Shown here: piece after piece, positions 12,701 to 26,029 of the stretch | How positions within the stretch are numbered: the first letter of the stretch is position 1 | How the letters are laid out: every line of letters starts with the position of its first letter | Source: Hydrolagus colliei | Taxonomy: Eukaryota | Length of the DNA stretch: 64,000 nt | Assembly (NCBI GenBank): GCA_035084275.1 | Contig: CM068769.1 | Span: forward strand, 620,001-684,000 | Direction: 5' to 3' | Program-made: the position numbers and the translations under genes | Notes under the pieces: generated by a model | What the model saw: the letters and a program-made list of their open reading frames with translations, nothing else | Told to the model about the DNA's origin: nothing | Database searches by the model: none

Positions 12701-13632
12701 GGAAAAAGCAGTTGGCCGAGGGTTGAGAGGGGGGGCTGGGATGGTCGGCGGGGATGGTGGGGATCTGGATAAGGGAGGAGAGGTTGACCGCCCGGGTTTG
12801 TATCCGGTGGGGCTGGCGGTGATGGTGGGGGATAGGGCACTTGGGGTGGCTGCTGTTGGACAGCCAGCGCCGAGTGCCACGGTGAGCCCGACGGAGAACT
12901 CCAAAACTGGAACAAAGGGAAGCGGTGGGAGGGTCGAGCAGGGACAGTAGTCGACGAGGGCGAAGAGAAAGAAGGGTAGAGAATGAATAACGGAGAGGGG
13001 GGATTGCGGTGAAAGAATTGAGGAGGGGAGGGAAGCTCGGGTCATGGCGGCAGCCATATTGCGCACGCGGGAGATCAGGAGGGAGGGATCAATGGGGCGG
13101 CATCATCCAAAGCGATGTGAGGCCGTGACAGGGGGATGCAGAGGCGTTGCGGTCTGGAGCCTGGCCGGGACTGAGGCCGAAGCTGGGACTGTGGGTTTCA
13201 GGACCAGTTGGGCCAGCTGCGTGGGCCCGGGCCATGGGTCGACGGCTCAAGGCTGGTGCTGGGAACGGGGTAGAGAATATCGGGGCTGTGTGTCTTGAAG
13301 CCGGTCTTGGAGCCGGGGATGAGGGTCACGGAGCTGTTGGTCGCGGGTCTGGAGCCGGTAGCTGTGGGTCCTGGGGCTGTGAGTCTCGGTGCTGGAGCCG
13401 GGGCTCCGGGTTCTGGGGCTGTGGCTGGAGTCGGTGCTGTGGGTCCTGATGCTGGGGCTGGGGCTGGGGCTGGGGCTGTGTGTCTCGGTGCTGGTGCCAG
13501 GTCGAGCAATATCTGCTATGTGGACTTCTTAATCTCATGCTGCACAGAGACAGCTGTGAGTCTCGGGGGACAGAAGGGACACACAGAGGATAGCCTAGAC
13601 ATGTCCTCTATGTGTCCCTCTCGCCGCCATTT
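9735..13632 (-). mobile_element. Near-full-length L2-clade LINE, frameshifted
   Basis: APE endonuclease (ALTET...RRGGGVAL, 12258-12617); RT (GVPQGSVLG, YADDTQLY, 10045-11340); (ttg)n tail near 9740; GC-rich 5' region with short tandem repeats. Confidence 0.92.
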
Positions 13633-13636
13633 TTAA

Positions 13637-14439
13637 AAGCTGCAGCATCATGCCAGTTTGCCAAATAATGTACCAATGGTCACTGTAGCCTGAGAAGTTT
13701 ATTGACTCTGAATTTCTCCGGTACAAGAAAAATAAATCATATGTCAACCATAATACTGCGAAATTTACCGATATCGCAAACAGTAAAATAATGGCTTTCC
13801 TTTGGTTCTTCATCTCTGGATCACTGTCTCCCTCACCTCTATTCCTGTCCCCATCACTGTGTCCCCGCAATCTCATGCGGGCTCGACTGGCCACTAGGAT
13901 GTGCCTGACAGTCAGGGCCTTGAACAGCAAAATCCCAACGAATGGGAGAATTTGGTTTAAAACAAGTTCGAGGAGGTCAAACACATTCCATGGGATAAAC
14001 GAGTAAACGCTTGCTTTGGTCACGCAAATCCACGATATGCTGTCAAATATGAACTCTGGTTCATAGACAAAGTACCAGGGAATGTTTACCCCAATGAAGA
14101 ACACACTGAGCCCCGCTATCACCGCAGCAGCTGTTTTTGCGGTGCAATATTTAGTTTTCAGTTGTTGGCAGCAGATGGCGACATAACGATCGAAGGCTAA
14201 AGCCACAGTTAGCCAGACAGAGTTTGCCGATGCTGCAGTACTCAGTGCCTCTAGCAACGAGCAAACATATGTGATGTTCACGAATGAATATGGGATGTAG
14301 AAAGGAATAATGCCATAGAAAATCACCACAAAAATTGCCATCTTCAGATCAGGCACTGACATGGCCAGCAGATAGTGCGAGATACATTTTGAAAGACCGC
14401 ACCTCCATCGGGACAGGATCAGAATGGCTACCATGTTAG
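13637..14439 (-). pseudogene. GPR139-like class A GPCR, main coding exon, truncated in TM7 by the L2
   Basis: Splice acceptor tctctctgcag, then ANMVAILILSR..CGLS...YLLAM...DL, SVWLTVALAFDRYVAICC..LKTKYC, DPEMKNQRK.IILLF and GMMLQLL. These motifs are typical of the GPR139-like family expanded in sharks. The frame runs into L2 sequence near 13636. Confidence 0.85.
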
Positions 14440-16639
14440 CTGCAGAGAGAGTGAAGGTAAAATGACCGTTCTAATAATCAATTTCTACAGTTCATTTTCT
14501 GCTGGTAAAGTAATATTTTCTACTGCGCTTTCTATTGGGTACTTTTCGCTTCTCTCACACGAAGTCACTATTTTTGCGACATCAAAGTGCGATGGAGAGA
14601 AGTCTGGCTCGCTGCCCATCGCCATTTATCACATTCACACACCCATACAGAAGCAGAAATAGATGCACAGACAGCGTGAAATGCACTGACATGAAGACAG
14701 GGAAAAAGAGCAAGAAACAAAGACGGAACACACAGGACGATGTAGAGAAAAGTAAATTCAGGCAGAAATGCAGAAATACACTTTTCTGTATACCGGCACA
14801 AAGATCTCTACCCGTTCTGAGAGAGAGAGACCATCACAGACAAAGGGGGAATGGGAGATACAGAGACACAACTACACAGAGAGTTAAACACAGACACAAT
14901 GAGTTTGGTACAGAGATACAGCAAGACAGATAGATGCGCTCAGACTGACAGATAGAGCGTTATTCAAGGACAGAGGGAGAGAATCACTGATACAAAGAGA
15001 AATGCACAGAGACAGATTCACATAGTTATATATATGCACACAGGCAGAGAGATAGACACATCGCCTAAATACACGTACACAAACATACCGATGAATTAGA
15101 CAGTTATGCACACAGAGAGAGATAAAATTACATACAAGGTGAGAAAGATTCACCGACAAATAGACACAATTCCACACACAGGGAATGGTAGTAAATATTT
15201 TAAGCAGGTGTGGATGTAGATCGATACATAGATAAACAAACACACGCAACTAGAGAATGAGAACAGAGGGGGGGGGGGGGGGGGGGGGCGGGTGGTGGGG
15301 ATGGACGCAGAGACAAATAGAAGAACAGCCACATGCAGAGAGATACGCAAACACAAAGAAGTACAGAATGAGACAGGGAGACAGATATAGGTCTTGTGGG
15401 GTCAGTCTAGAACGAGACACATGTAAAAACGTTTCACCTGCACAGCAGTAAACAAAACCAACTAAGACTTCCATGAATCTCAATTTTACATGTAAGTCCC
15501 ATAGATAGATTGCTCGAAAATAATGCAGAGAAAAGCTATCTCTAACTATGTCTGCTGATCTCTTTGTCCATGCGTAGCTCTTCCTCTGTCCCTCTCTCTC
15601 TCTCTCCATAGGCGGTGGTGTTCATGTCCGTATTTCAATATATAGCTCTATTTCTGTATCACTGCAAATCTCTCTCTCACTACCTGTGTGCAATGTGCTT
15701 TACTTGCATATTCTTATGGATGGCGATATGATTCCTCAAGGACTCAAGCCCCCCAGCTGACCAAACTAAATCCATATAAACAGTTATGTGTGGAGTAAAG
15801 AAACTTGCCTCATGTTTCCCACTACGTCGCATTGAAACCCGGTCCTCCGGCTTGACAGTTCAATGCTGTAGTAAGGGAGAGAGGGGAATACGGATAGCGG
15901 AAAGACAGCTCACAAGATACATGGAGAAGGAGATTGATATCAATGGAAAGAGAGAGTGACACACATACATAGAGAAATAGGTACTCACAGTCACATATAG
16001 AGCGAGAGAGATAGACACAGATCAACAGATGAAGAGACAGCGAGATGTAAACAGGTAAAAATGTTGACGTACAGTGTGCAATAAACACGGTCAGAGAAAA
16101 TGTAGCACGCAGTTTGGGACAGCAGAGGACACGTGCCGCTGGACTCTGGATCCTCAGCAGACTGGGGAGGGAGTCATTGGGAAGACCGTCCAACAGTGTA
16201 TTTGCATTCCCAGCCGGAATGTAATGAAGACATGAATGAGGCTATCAGCGGCTTTGAAGTGGTGCTTTATTGGCGGAGTCGCAGAATGTGGGTTAGACGA
16301 GGAAATGAAGTGGGTGGCATTGCTTGGATGTGATGGAGGCAAGACACATGAGTGTCGAACAAGACAACAAGGTATCTGAGTGACATGATGAGGTCAAGTG
16401 AGCAACGATGGAAGTTGACACTGTCAGCGACGGATGCATCTTGACGCTGGCGCGAGCCAATCAACAGTCAATGTATAGAAATAGATAGAGAATAACAGAG
16501 AGATGAAGGGATGCACTGAGACAGCGAGAGTCTAACCACGCAGAAAGAAAAAGAGAGATAGACACGGAGAGAAATGGACACAAAGAGGCACAATTACATA
16601 GATATACGGTGAAAGAAAGAGAAAGATGCAAACACAGAG

Positions 16640-16927
16640 ATAATAATATTAAATCTTGCTTTTCATGTAGCGCTTTTTGCGTCTACCAGAAGTCTCAAAG
16701 TGCATCACAGAATAGAGTGACTATAAGTGAATTGACTGTGTATTTGTGAGCTAAACGGAGCAAGTCAGTGTCACACAAGCAGTGATGGATTGAAATTAAC
16801 AATTGTTGGCAGGCATTATTAATAGGCGTGTAGAGTAAGGAAACCTGCCCAAGATTTCACCCTAAACTGCCAGGAATTGAACACAGCTCTCTTGCTATTA
16901 AGTCGAGTGCTCTAACCACTGAGCTAC
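16640..16927 (-). mobile_element. Deu-domain tRNA SINE
   Basis: Head tagctcagtggttagagcactcgac, Deu core and tail; duplicated at 19405-19693. Confidence 0.8.
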
Positions 16928-17136
16928 GGTAGAAGGGGAGGTACAGGGGATGGCGATTTCCAAAGTATTGCAGAGACACCGGCAGACACACAGAGGCACA
17001 GCTTGAGATACTGAGACAGACGGAAGCAGATCGGGAAAGACACACAGAACGCGTACTTAAGGAGCGAAAGTTACGCACATATAAATGAATAGAGGGCGAG
17101 AGAGCCGCACACTGTCAGAGAGAGGGAGTTACAGCA

Positions 17137-17205
17137 GATAGTGCGAGACACATTTTGAAAGACAGCACCTCCCTCGGGACAGGATCAGAATGGCTACCAT
17201 GTTAG
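17137..17205 (-). pseudogene. Duplicated 5' fragment of the GPR139-like exon
   Basis: ANMVAILILSRGRCCLSKCVSHYL behind the same acceptor; cut by the duplication junction. Confidence 0.8.
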
Positions 17206-18803
17206 CTGCAGAGAGAGTGAAGGTAAAATGACCAGTTATAATAATCAATTTCTACAGTTCATTTTCTGCTGGTAAAGTAATATTTTCTGCTGCGCTTTCT
17301 GTTGGTTACTTTTCGCTTCTCTCACATGAAGTCACTATTTTTGCGACATCAAAGTGCGATGGAGAGAAGTCTGGCTCGCTGCCCATCGCCAGGAGTCACA
17401 TTCACACGCACATACAGAGGCAGAAAAAGATGCACAGACAGCGGGAAATGCACTGACATGAAGACAGGGAAAAAGAGCAAGAAACAAAGATGGAACACAC
17501 AGGACGATGTAGAGAAAAGTAAATTCAGGCAGAAATGCAGAAGTACAGTTTTCTGTATATCGGCAGAAAGATCTCTACCCGTTCTGAGGGAGAGAGACCG
17601 TCACAGACAAAGGGGGAATGGGAGATACAGAGATACAACTACACAGAGAGTTAAACACAGACACAATGTGTTTGGTACAGAGATACAGCGAGACAGATAG
17701 ATGCACTCAGACTGACAGATAGAGGGTTATTCAAAGACGGAGGGAGAGAATCACTGATACAAAGAGAAATGCACAGAGACAGATTCAGATAGATATATAT
17801 GCACACAGGCAGCGAGAGCGACACATCGCCTAAATACAGGTACACAAACATACAGATGAATTAGACAGATATGCACACAGACAGAGATAAAATTACATAC
17901 AAGGTGAGAATGATTCACCGACAAATAGAGACAATTCCACACACAGGGTATGGTAGTAAATATTTGAAGCAGATGCGGATGTAGATCGATACATAGATAG
18001 ACACACGCACGCAACTAGAGAAAGGGAACCGAGAGGGGGGGGGGAGGGCAGAGAGAAACAGAGGAACAGCCAAGTGCAGAGAGATACATAAATACAAAGA
18101 AGTACAGAATGAGACAGGGAGACAGATATAGGTCTTGTGGGTCAGTCTAGATGGAGACACATGTAAAAACGTTTCACCTGCACAGCAGTAAACAAACCAA
18201 ACTAAGACTTCCATGAATCTAAATTTTACATGTAAATCCCATAGATAGATTGTTGGAAAATAATGCAGAGAAAAGCTATCTCTACATATGCCTACTGATC
18301 TGTTTGTCCATGCGTAGCTCTTCCTCTCTCCCCCCCTCTCTCTCTCCACAGGCGGTGGTGTTCACGTCCGTATTTCAATATATAGCTCTATTTCTGTATC
18401 ACTGCAAATATCCCTCTCACTGCCTGTGGGCAATATGCTTTACTTGCATATTCTTATGGATGTGGATATCATTCCTCAAGGACTCAAGCCCCCCATCTGA
18501 CCAAACTAAATCTATATAAACAGTTATGTGTGGAGTAAAGAAACTTGCCTTATGTTTCCCACTACTTCATAATGAAACCCGGTCCTCCGGCTTGTCAGTT
18601 CAATGCTGCAGTAAGGGAGAGAGGAGAATACGGATAGCGGAAAGACAGCTCACAAGATACGTTGAGAAGAGGATTGATATCAATGGAAAGAGAGACAGAC
18701 ACACATACATAGAGAAATAGGTACTCACAGTCACATATAGAACGAGAGAGATAGACACAGATCAATAGATGAAGAAACAGCGAGATGTAAACAGGTAAAA
18801 ATG

Positions 18804-18874
18804 TTGACGTACAATGTGCAATAAACACTGACAGAGATGCTCTCTGACCGTGTTTATTGCACATTGTACGTCAA
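18804..18874. repeat. 71-bp inverted repeat (34-bp arms, 3-nt loop, 2 mismatches)
   Basis: ttgacgtacaatgtgcaataaacac...gtgtttattgcacattgtacgtcaa; the outer 25 bp pair perfectly. Confidence 0.95.
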
Positions 18875-19404
18875 AATAGCACGCAGTTTGGGACAGTGCC
18901 GCAGGACTCTGTATCCTCACCAGCGTGGGGAGGGAATAATTGGCAAGAACGTCCAACACAGTATTTGCATTGCCGAGCCGGAATGTAATGCAGACATGAA
19001 TGAGTCTTTCAGCGGCTTTCAAGTGGTGCATTATTGGCGGAGTCAGGCAATGTGGGTTAGACGAGGAAATTAAATGGGTGGCATTGCTTGGATGTGATGC
19101 AGGCAAGACACATGAGTGTCGAACAAGACAACAATGTATCTGAGTGGCTTGATGAGGTCAAGTGAGCAACGATGGAGGTTGACACTGCCAGCGACGGATG
19201 CACCAAGACGCTGGCGAGAGCCAGTCAACAGTGAATGTATAGAAATAGCTACAGAATAACAGAGAGATGAAGGGATGCACTGAGACAGCGAGAGTGCTAA
19301 CCACGTAGAAAGAAACAGAGAGATAGACACGGAGAGAAATGGACACAAAGAGGCACAATTACATAGATATACAGAGAAAGAAAGAGAAAGATGCAAACAA
19401 ACAG

Positions 19405-19693
19405 AGATAATAATATTAATTCTTGCTTTTCAGGTAGCGCTTTTTGCGTCTTCCAGAAGCCTCAAAGTGCATCACAGAATAGAGTGAGTATAACTGAATT
19501 GACTGTCTATTTGTGAACGAAACGGAGCAAGTCAGTGTCACACAAGCAGTGATGGATTGAAATCAACAATTTTTGACAGGCATTATTAATAGGCTAGTAA
19601 AATAAGGAAACCTGCCCAAGAATTCACCCTAACCTGCCAGGAATTGAACACAGATCTCTTGCTATTAATCGAGTGCTCTAACCACTGAGCTAC
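19405..19693 (-). mobile_element. Deu-domain tRNA SINE (duplicate copy)
   Basis: Paralog of 16640-16927. Confidence 0.8.
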
Positions 19694-21795
19694 GGTAGAA
19701 GGGGAGGTACAGTGGATGGCGATTTTCAAAGTTTTGCAGAGACAGCGGCAGACACACAGATGCACAGCTTGAGATACTGAGACAGACGGAAGCAGATCGG
19801 GAAAGACACACACACAACGCGTACTTAAGGAGAAAAATTACGCACGTATAAATGAATAGAGGGCGAGAGAGCCGCACACTGTCAGAGAGAGGGAGTTACA
19901 GACAGCGGAGGAAGAAAGTGCATGATATATGCAGACATACGGTGATACACGAGCAAAGAGACTGAGAGGTAAACACACAACAAGAGAATGATACACACAG
20001 ACACAGAGAATAAATACATACCAACAGAGAGATTCACACACACAAAGTGAAAGCAACACACACTTTGTTTAGATGTGCAGAGATACAGATACAACATTAG
20101 ATACGTAGAAATATGTACACGCTGACGGTGCATAAGGGACAAACAGAAAGAGAGAAAAAGAGAGGCAGAGACGTGCTCTCAGAGAGTCAGAGTGCTACAC
20201 ACAGTGTGAGACAGGGGGTTAACGGGATAGCAAGAGATAAGCAGAGAAATTGAGAGAAAGGGATGGAGATATACATAAACAGCATGAGTAAAAATAACAG
20301 ATTATATGTATGTAGCGCCTTTCGCACCGAGTAGCTAACACAGAGAGAGACAAATACAGAATCAGATCCAGCACACTGCGAGAAAAAGAAACAGAGAGAG
20401 CGCGCAACAGCTATAGAAACTCAAACAGGTGTAAACCCAGCCACACAGGGAGAAAAAGTAAGACAAATGAGTAGGATACAGAAACAAAGTCATTCAGATA
20501 GATTCAGAATCATGCACAGCCAGAGGGATCCGGAAAGTCACGGAGACACAAAGAGACAGAGAGAGCACAAATATACATGACAAGAATCCTGGTATTTTTA
20601 AGTAGCACTCTTCGAGTCTTGTAGGCTTCTCATGCGCTCGACCGAATCTACACTGACGTGAATTGACTGTAGATTTGTGCAGGAAATACAGCAGCCAATG
20701 GCGCATAAATTTGTTATCCATTGTAGTGATCAATGTGATATTATTTTTTCTTTCTTCGGGGATTAATAACAGGTGTATGACGTAAGGTAACTTGTAAGGA
20801 TGCTATCACACTGCCAGGAAATGAACTTCCGTCTATCGACTCAACAAATTATTTCGCTCTTAATTTATCAATCAAACAATGAATCAAAACTTAAATATAC
20901 ATAGCGTCGTTCACGTCGAAAGGACGTCCAAGGCGCTGTAGTGTCAGGAGTGGACTAGTGCAGTGGGGAGACGCCGTGGCAGGATGAAGAAGAGTAGGAA
21001 AATTGACTATATTTCTGGGATAAAAGCGGAAGATAGATTGCGCAGAGCAGTGTCGCACAATCAGCCATGGCAGTTGGGTCAGGGGAGAAAGCGAGGGAAA
21101 GATGGCAAGGGGAGGTGGCGGGGGAGTCAGGGTAGGGGGAAGGAGAGCAGGAAAGCCGACGTTTTGTGGGCGAAACCCCACCCCATCGCAGCAGACAAAT
21201 TGTGCTCAGCAGCGTCCCACAAACGGTCACTGAAATTGGGACAGGGTGGAAATGTGGAAATGAGGGTATAGGGGGAGAGGGATGCAACGGGGCAGATTGA
21301 AGGGAAGATAGGGTGGGGTAAAGTAAGAGAGGAAGAGGGGGAAGCAACGAAGTTAAGTGGAAACTAAAACGGGTTAAAATACACAATTGCCTGATTCAGA
21401 GGGACAGTGGTAAACCGGTCGAGCTGCAAGCTTTAATGCATATTAATAAATAAATTAACTTTGGTAAAACACTTGCCGGGAAAACTAAATGCAGCGAGAA
21501 TCGGGTGGTAAATGTCTTCTATTCTGTGAACAATCGGAGTTGTCATCTTCAAATCGGAAATTATTGCGTCTTCTCTCGGCAGAGGCAGCTGCTGACGGCT
21601 GAAAGATGATGCTAGAAAGTCTCAAACGGATTCTTATATAAATCAACAGTGATCGCTTTGTTGAGCAATGTTACCACGGGGTCGTCGATGAATTTGAGCC
21701 GCATGCAAAACCTGTGTAATGTCATTTCCCTCAAGGATTTAATTTTTTTCGGGCAGCCCATTGTTTCATCATTGCTGAATCATTGTGAAGTCCCT

Positions 21796-22110
21796 TTAGC
21801 TCAGAGGTTAGAGCACTCGTCTTACAAGCGTGAAACATGTGTTCGAATCCAGGCAAGTCGAGGTGAAACCTTGAGTAAATGTCCTTGCTCCGCAAGGCTG
21901 AAATTAATCCTCCCAATAAAAACACAACAATAAAAATTGGTCTTGTCAACCCACGACTGTTTGTGTGGGGGACGCTGTTGTGCGCAATTAGCTGCCGCGT
22001 TTTGCCTATAAATATGCAGTCACTTCACTTTACAGTATATATTGCGAAGCACTTTGATATGTTGATAAGGTGGGAAACGCGGTACAGCAAATGCAAGGTT
22101 TATTGTTATT
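21796..22110 (+). mobile_element. Deu-domain tRNA SINE
   Basis: tagctcagaggttagagcactcg head, gttcgaatcc B-box, Deu core. Confidence 0.8.
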
Positions 22111-23199
22111 ATCATCTCCAGTTACGCACTTACTTCCCCAGAGTGTAAATTAAAGCAACTTCGCTCCATAGCGACCAGCTCCCATCTTCATTTATCACAG
22201 AGAGTGTGGAGAAGTGCATGGGAGGAACCAAGGTTTTGTGATCCCAGTGTGCGTCCTGAGGTTCCTGTTGAAATGTAACCAACCAAAGCTGAAATGCTTC
22301 TCACCGAAAATAATAATCCCTACATTTCCAACAAGACATACATATGTTCCACACATCTGGACATGAATTGCGGTATCAGCCACAAAGCTGTTTACCAAAC
22401 TGAGTGATAGCACTCTCACCGGATAGTTGGAAGGTTTTGGGTTCAACAAGGACAACAGCAACAACTTCGGTTTTCTATTTTGCCATCCACGGCTTTACAG
22501 AGTCTCAGAGCGTTTCACAATAACGGATCACGGGGGGGCAAGCCAAGGGCAGGGGGGGGAAAGTTGACCAAAGGCGCGTTGGAAGACAAAGGTGTTTATC
22601 TGAGACTGGAAACTGGGAAGAGAGGGGAAGAGGCGAGGGGAGTGAGGAAGGGAGTTACAGATCCTCGTGGTGTACCGGGTGATGGTGCAGCGCAGCATTC
22701 GGGAGTAGAGGAGGACACAAACATCCCTTCTTTTTGCTCCATGATTTGATGTACAGAGCTTGAGCAGCAATCTGTGTCCCTTAGCAGCAAATCAACCCTA
22801 GCGTAGGCTTTGCTGTACAAACATATGTTCACAAACACCATTCCATGTTACACTCTCCAGCCGGTAACCAATGAATATCTGTCCTCATCGTGCTGGGAGC
22901 ACCTTTGCAGCACCACCTGTGATTTGCCAGGGTTCCAGTTCAATGCCACAGATCGGTAGATCACGTTCGTATTGGTTTACGCACAGTTAAACAGACACGA
23001 CCTCTTCGATGCTGAGTAAACACCAGTGCAGAATTGAACACACCCTTTCTGCAACCATTTCGTTTTATTTGAATAACTAAACGATCACTAAATCACTAAT
23101 TGGTTGTCCCAATCTTTGCAAATGTGTTGAGAAGATCTCCCTGTTGCTCAGAACTTAATTTTATAAGACAGAGGTGGCATTAGTCTCAGATAAACACCT

Positions 23200-23484
23200 T
23201 TGTCTTCAAGGCGCAGTAGAGGGGAGCTGAGAAGATTTTTTTTCACTCAGCGAGTTGTTCGAATCTGGAATGCATTGCCTGAAAAGGTGGTGGAGGCTGA
23301 TTCGATAACAACTTTTAAAAGGGAATTAGATCTTTATTTAGGGAGAACGGGTCTATTAGGCTATGGGGAGCGGGCAGGGCAATGGGATTGAATCGCTCTT
23401 TTCAAAGAGCCGGCACAGACTAGATGGGCCGAATGGCCTCCTTTTGTGCCGTAAAATTCTATGATTCTATGATTCTATGATTCT
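23200..23484 (+). mobile_element. CR1 LINE 3' end
   Basis: RRFFFTQRVVRIWNALP; (ttctatga)n tail. Confidence 0.9.
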
Positions 23485-24450
23485 ACCCTCCAGAAAGTCC
23501 GATCCCTTTCCAAAAAAGCCCTCTATCTATGACCTCATCCTGAATGAGAACATTGATAGTCTTGGCCTTACGGAAACCTGACGTTCCCCAATGACCCCGT
23601 GTCTCTAGTTGAGGCCTTCCTCCTGGCTACACCTTCTACCACAACCCTCGCCCCTACCAACGCGGTGTCGGAGTGGCCGTCATCTCCATCTCCTCCCTTG
23701 GTCTCTCCCCCTATTCTGGCTGTTTCCACTACTTCGAACACTCCACGCTCTACCATCCTTCTCTTTCTTTCATAATCCCTCTTTATCGTCCTCCCGAACC
23801 ACCTCGCTCTTTCCTCCGCGATATCACAACTCTCGTCTCCTCCCTGTCACTCTGCTCTGAACATATGTTCATCATGGGCGACTTCAGCCTTCACCTAAAC
23901 TCCCCCTGCACCACCTCTTCCCACTTCACTGCTCTCGTAACCTCCCTAAACCTCACCCTCCATATTGACTCTCTGACCCACAACCGTGGCCTCGCTCTCC
24001 AACTCATTAGCACACACAGCCTTGACATTTCCGAACTCAGCATCTCAGATAAGTCCATCTCGGACCACGTTTTTATCTCATTCTCCTCTCCCATCTCCCT
24101 CTCCTCCACCAAACATTCAACTGTACTTTTCCGCCATTGGTAACGTCTCGCCCTGAGACCCTCACAGAGTTCCTCACATCATCCTAACTTCGGCAGCCGG
24201 GCCTTCAGCCACTACGCCCCGAGGGACTGGAAATCCTTTCCTGATTCATTTCACATCGCCCGCTCTCTTCCCAGTTTCAAGTAACACCTGAAGACCTTTC
24301 TCTTCGATTGCGCTTTTCGTCACCTTTTTGCCACTTCCCTTGGCTTGGTCTCGGAATCTGCTATTGTGAAGCGCTCTGAGACGCCGTCCGGCGTAGAGGG
24401 AGCTACATAAATCGAAGTTGTTGTTGTTGTTGTCAGAGAATCTGTGTGTG
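23485..24450 (+). mobile_element. Internally deleted L2 element (endonuclease fragment plus 3' end)
   Basis: LNENIDSLGLTET and FIMGDF motifs; tail ending in (gtt)n near 24420. Confidence 0.7.
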
Positions 24451-24659
24451 TGTGTGTGTGTGTCTGTGTGCAAGGACGTAGGTGTGTGACGTTGTGTATT
24501 TGCGATGTGACCATTTGTGTGTTTGGTGTTTATACATTTGTGTGACATGCTGTATGTCTATGTGAAAGAGAGTGTATGTTTCTGTGATCATGTGTGTGAT
24601 TGTGCGTGTTTGCGTCCCTAAGGTTTGTTGTGCATGTGTGTGCATGTGCAAAAAGCTTT

Positions 24660-25260
24660 GTTGTCACCCAGTTGTACCTTTCTGCCTCATCCCTCAACCC
24701 CCAGACGATCGATGTTCTGACAGCATGTCTGTCCGACATCGAGTCGTGGACGAGGGACAACTTTTTGCAATTGAACGTGAATAAGACCGAGGCCCTGCTG
24801 ATTGGCTCAAGCCAGCGCCTCCGCACATCGGGCGCTGCTAGCCTCAATGTCCAAGGTTGCACTCTCCACCTCACAAAGCCAATCAGGTACCTCGGCATCA
24901 TATTCGATCAAAAACTTTCCTTCCTCCCCCACATCCGCGCCTTGACCGGCACCGCCTATTTCCAGCTGCGCAACATTGCCAGGCTCCGTAATTATCTTAC
25001 CCCCGCGGTGCCGAAACACTCGTGCATGCATACATCACCTCACGGATGGACTACGGAAATTCTCTCCTAGTCGGCCTCCCTTGTTTCTCCATTCATAGGC
25101 TGCAGGCCATCCAAAACTCTGCAGCCAGTGTACTATCCCGCACCCGCCTCCGCGACCACATAAACCCCACCCTCGCCCGTCTCCACTGGCTCCCCATCCT
25201 CCAGAGGATCGAGTTTAAAATCCTCGTCCTCACCTACAAGGCCTTACACGGCCTTGTAGA
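24660..25260 (+). mobile_element. L2 RT 3' fragment
   Basis: TQLYLS...FLQLNVNKTE and WLPILQRIEFKIL. Confidence 0.88.
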
Positions 25261-26029
25261 ATAATAATAAAAAATCTTATTTATCAAAAGTATAAAATGT
25301 AAGATTTATTAGTTTTAGTTTCACTCTGTCCTAACATGAACCACTCAATCACTACTTCTGCTTGTGGTTGGACATCAGTCACGAGTTTCCTCTGAGACAC
25401 AGCAGCAGAGTCAACAAATTGTCAAACAGGTCAACAGTCATTCCAGGCCTCTGAGCTGAAACTAAACTATTTCTCTCCTATTAGCAGGTTATTGTAAAGT
25501 GGGGCAGGCTGACAGCAGGCTGATTCTAGCATGGCTTGTGTGATCGCATGGTTACAGTGGCTGTGTTCGATGCAGCCACAGTGGCAGTCAATCACTTCAA
25601 TGGACTTCCCGACGTGAGAGGCGCTCTGCACACGTCATTGTGTTGTTGTTGATGTTGGGTTCGATACCAGGACAGTGCAACACATTGTGCAGCTATCCAT
25701 ACTCCACAGGCCTCAGTTTAAAATACATCTATTAGGAAACCTGTTCTATTACAATAGCGGTGAGCTATTCCTTGGGTATTTTTACTTTTATAAGAACGAA
25801 ATATTACATTGCAACATTCGCATTATTTTCGAAGTCTTCATAAGAGTGGATTCCAAATACAGTGAGAACAGTGTGTGGAAGACACACAGGGCGAATCCTT
25901 CGGCAAATTTCTTAATCCACACGCCCAATAATAATCCGTCCCATACCAAAAAATCTATCACCAATAATAAATCGGTCATTTACATCCATTACTCTGTTTG
26001 GGGACGTTGCTGCGCGCAATTAGCTGCCG

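Larger units (their letters stand above)
14371..19901. repeat. Tandem duplication, two units of about 2.77 kb (14371-17136 and 17137-19901)
   Basis: The GPCR exon start, AG-rich tracts and a SINE recur at an offset of about 2766 bp; junction ttacagca|gatagtgcgag at 17137. Confidence 0.92.

Noticed and set aside
12608-13636. Pro/Ala/Gly-rich ORFs
   Set aside because: GC-rich L2 5' region with short tandem repeats; no recognisable domain.
14163-14182. CTCF-like gcagcagatggcgac
   Set aside because: Explained by the codons for VAICC in the GPCR exon.
14884-20407. Many C/V/S/L-rich ORFs
   Set aside because: Translations of degenerate AG/AC microsatellite tracts.
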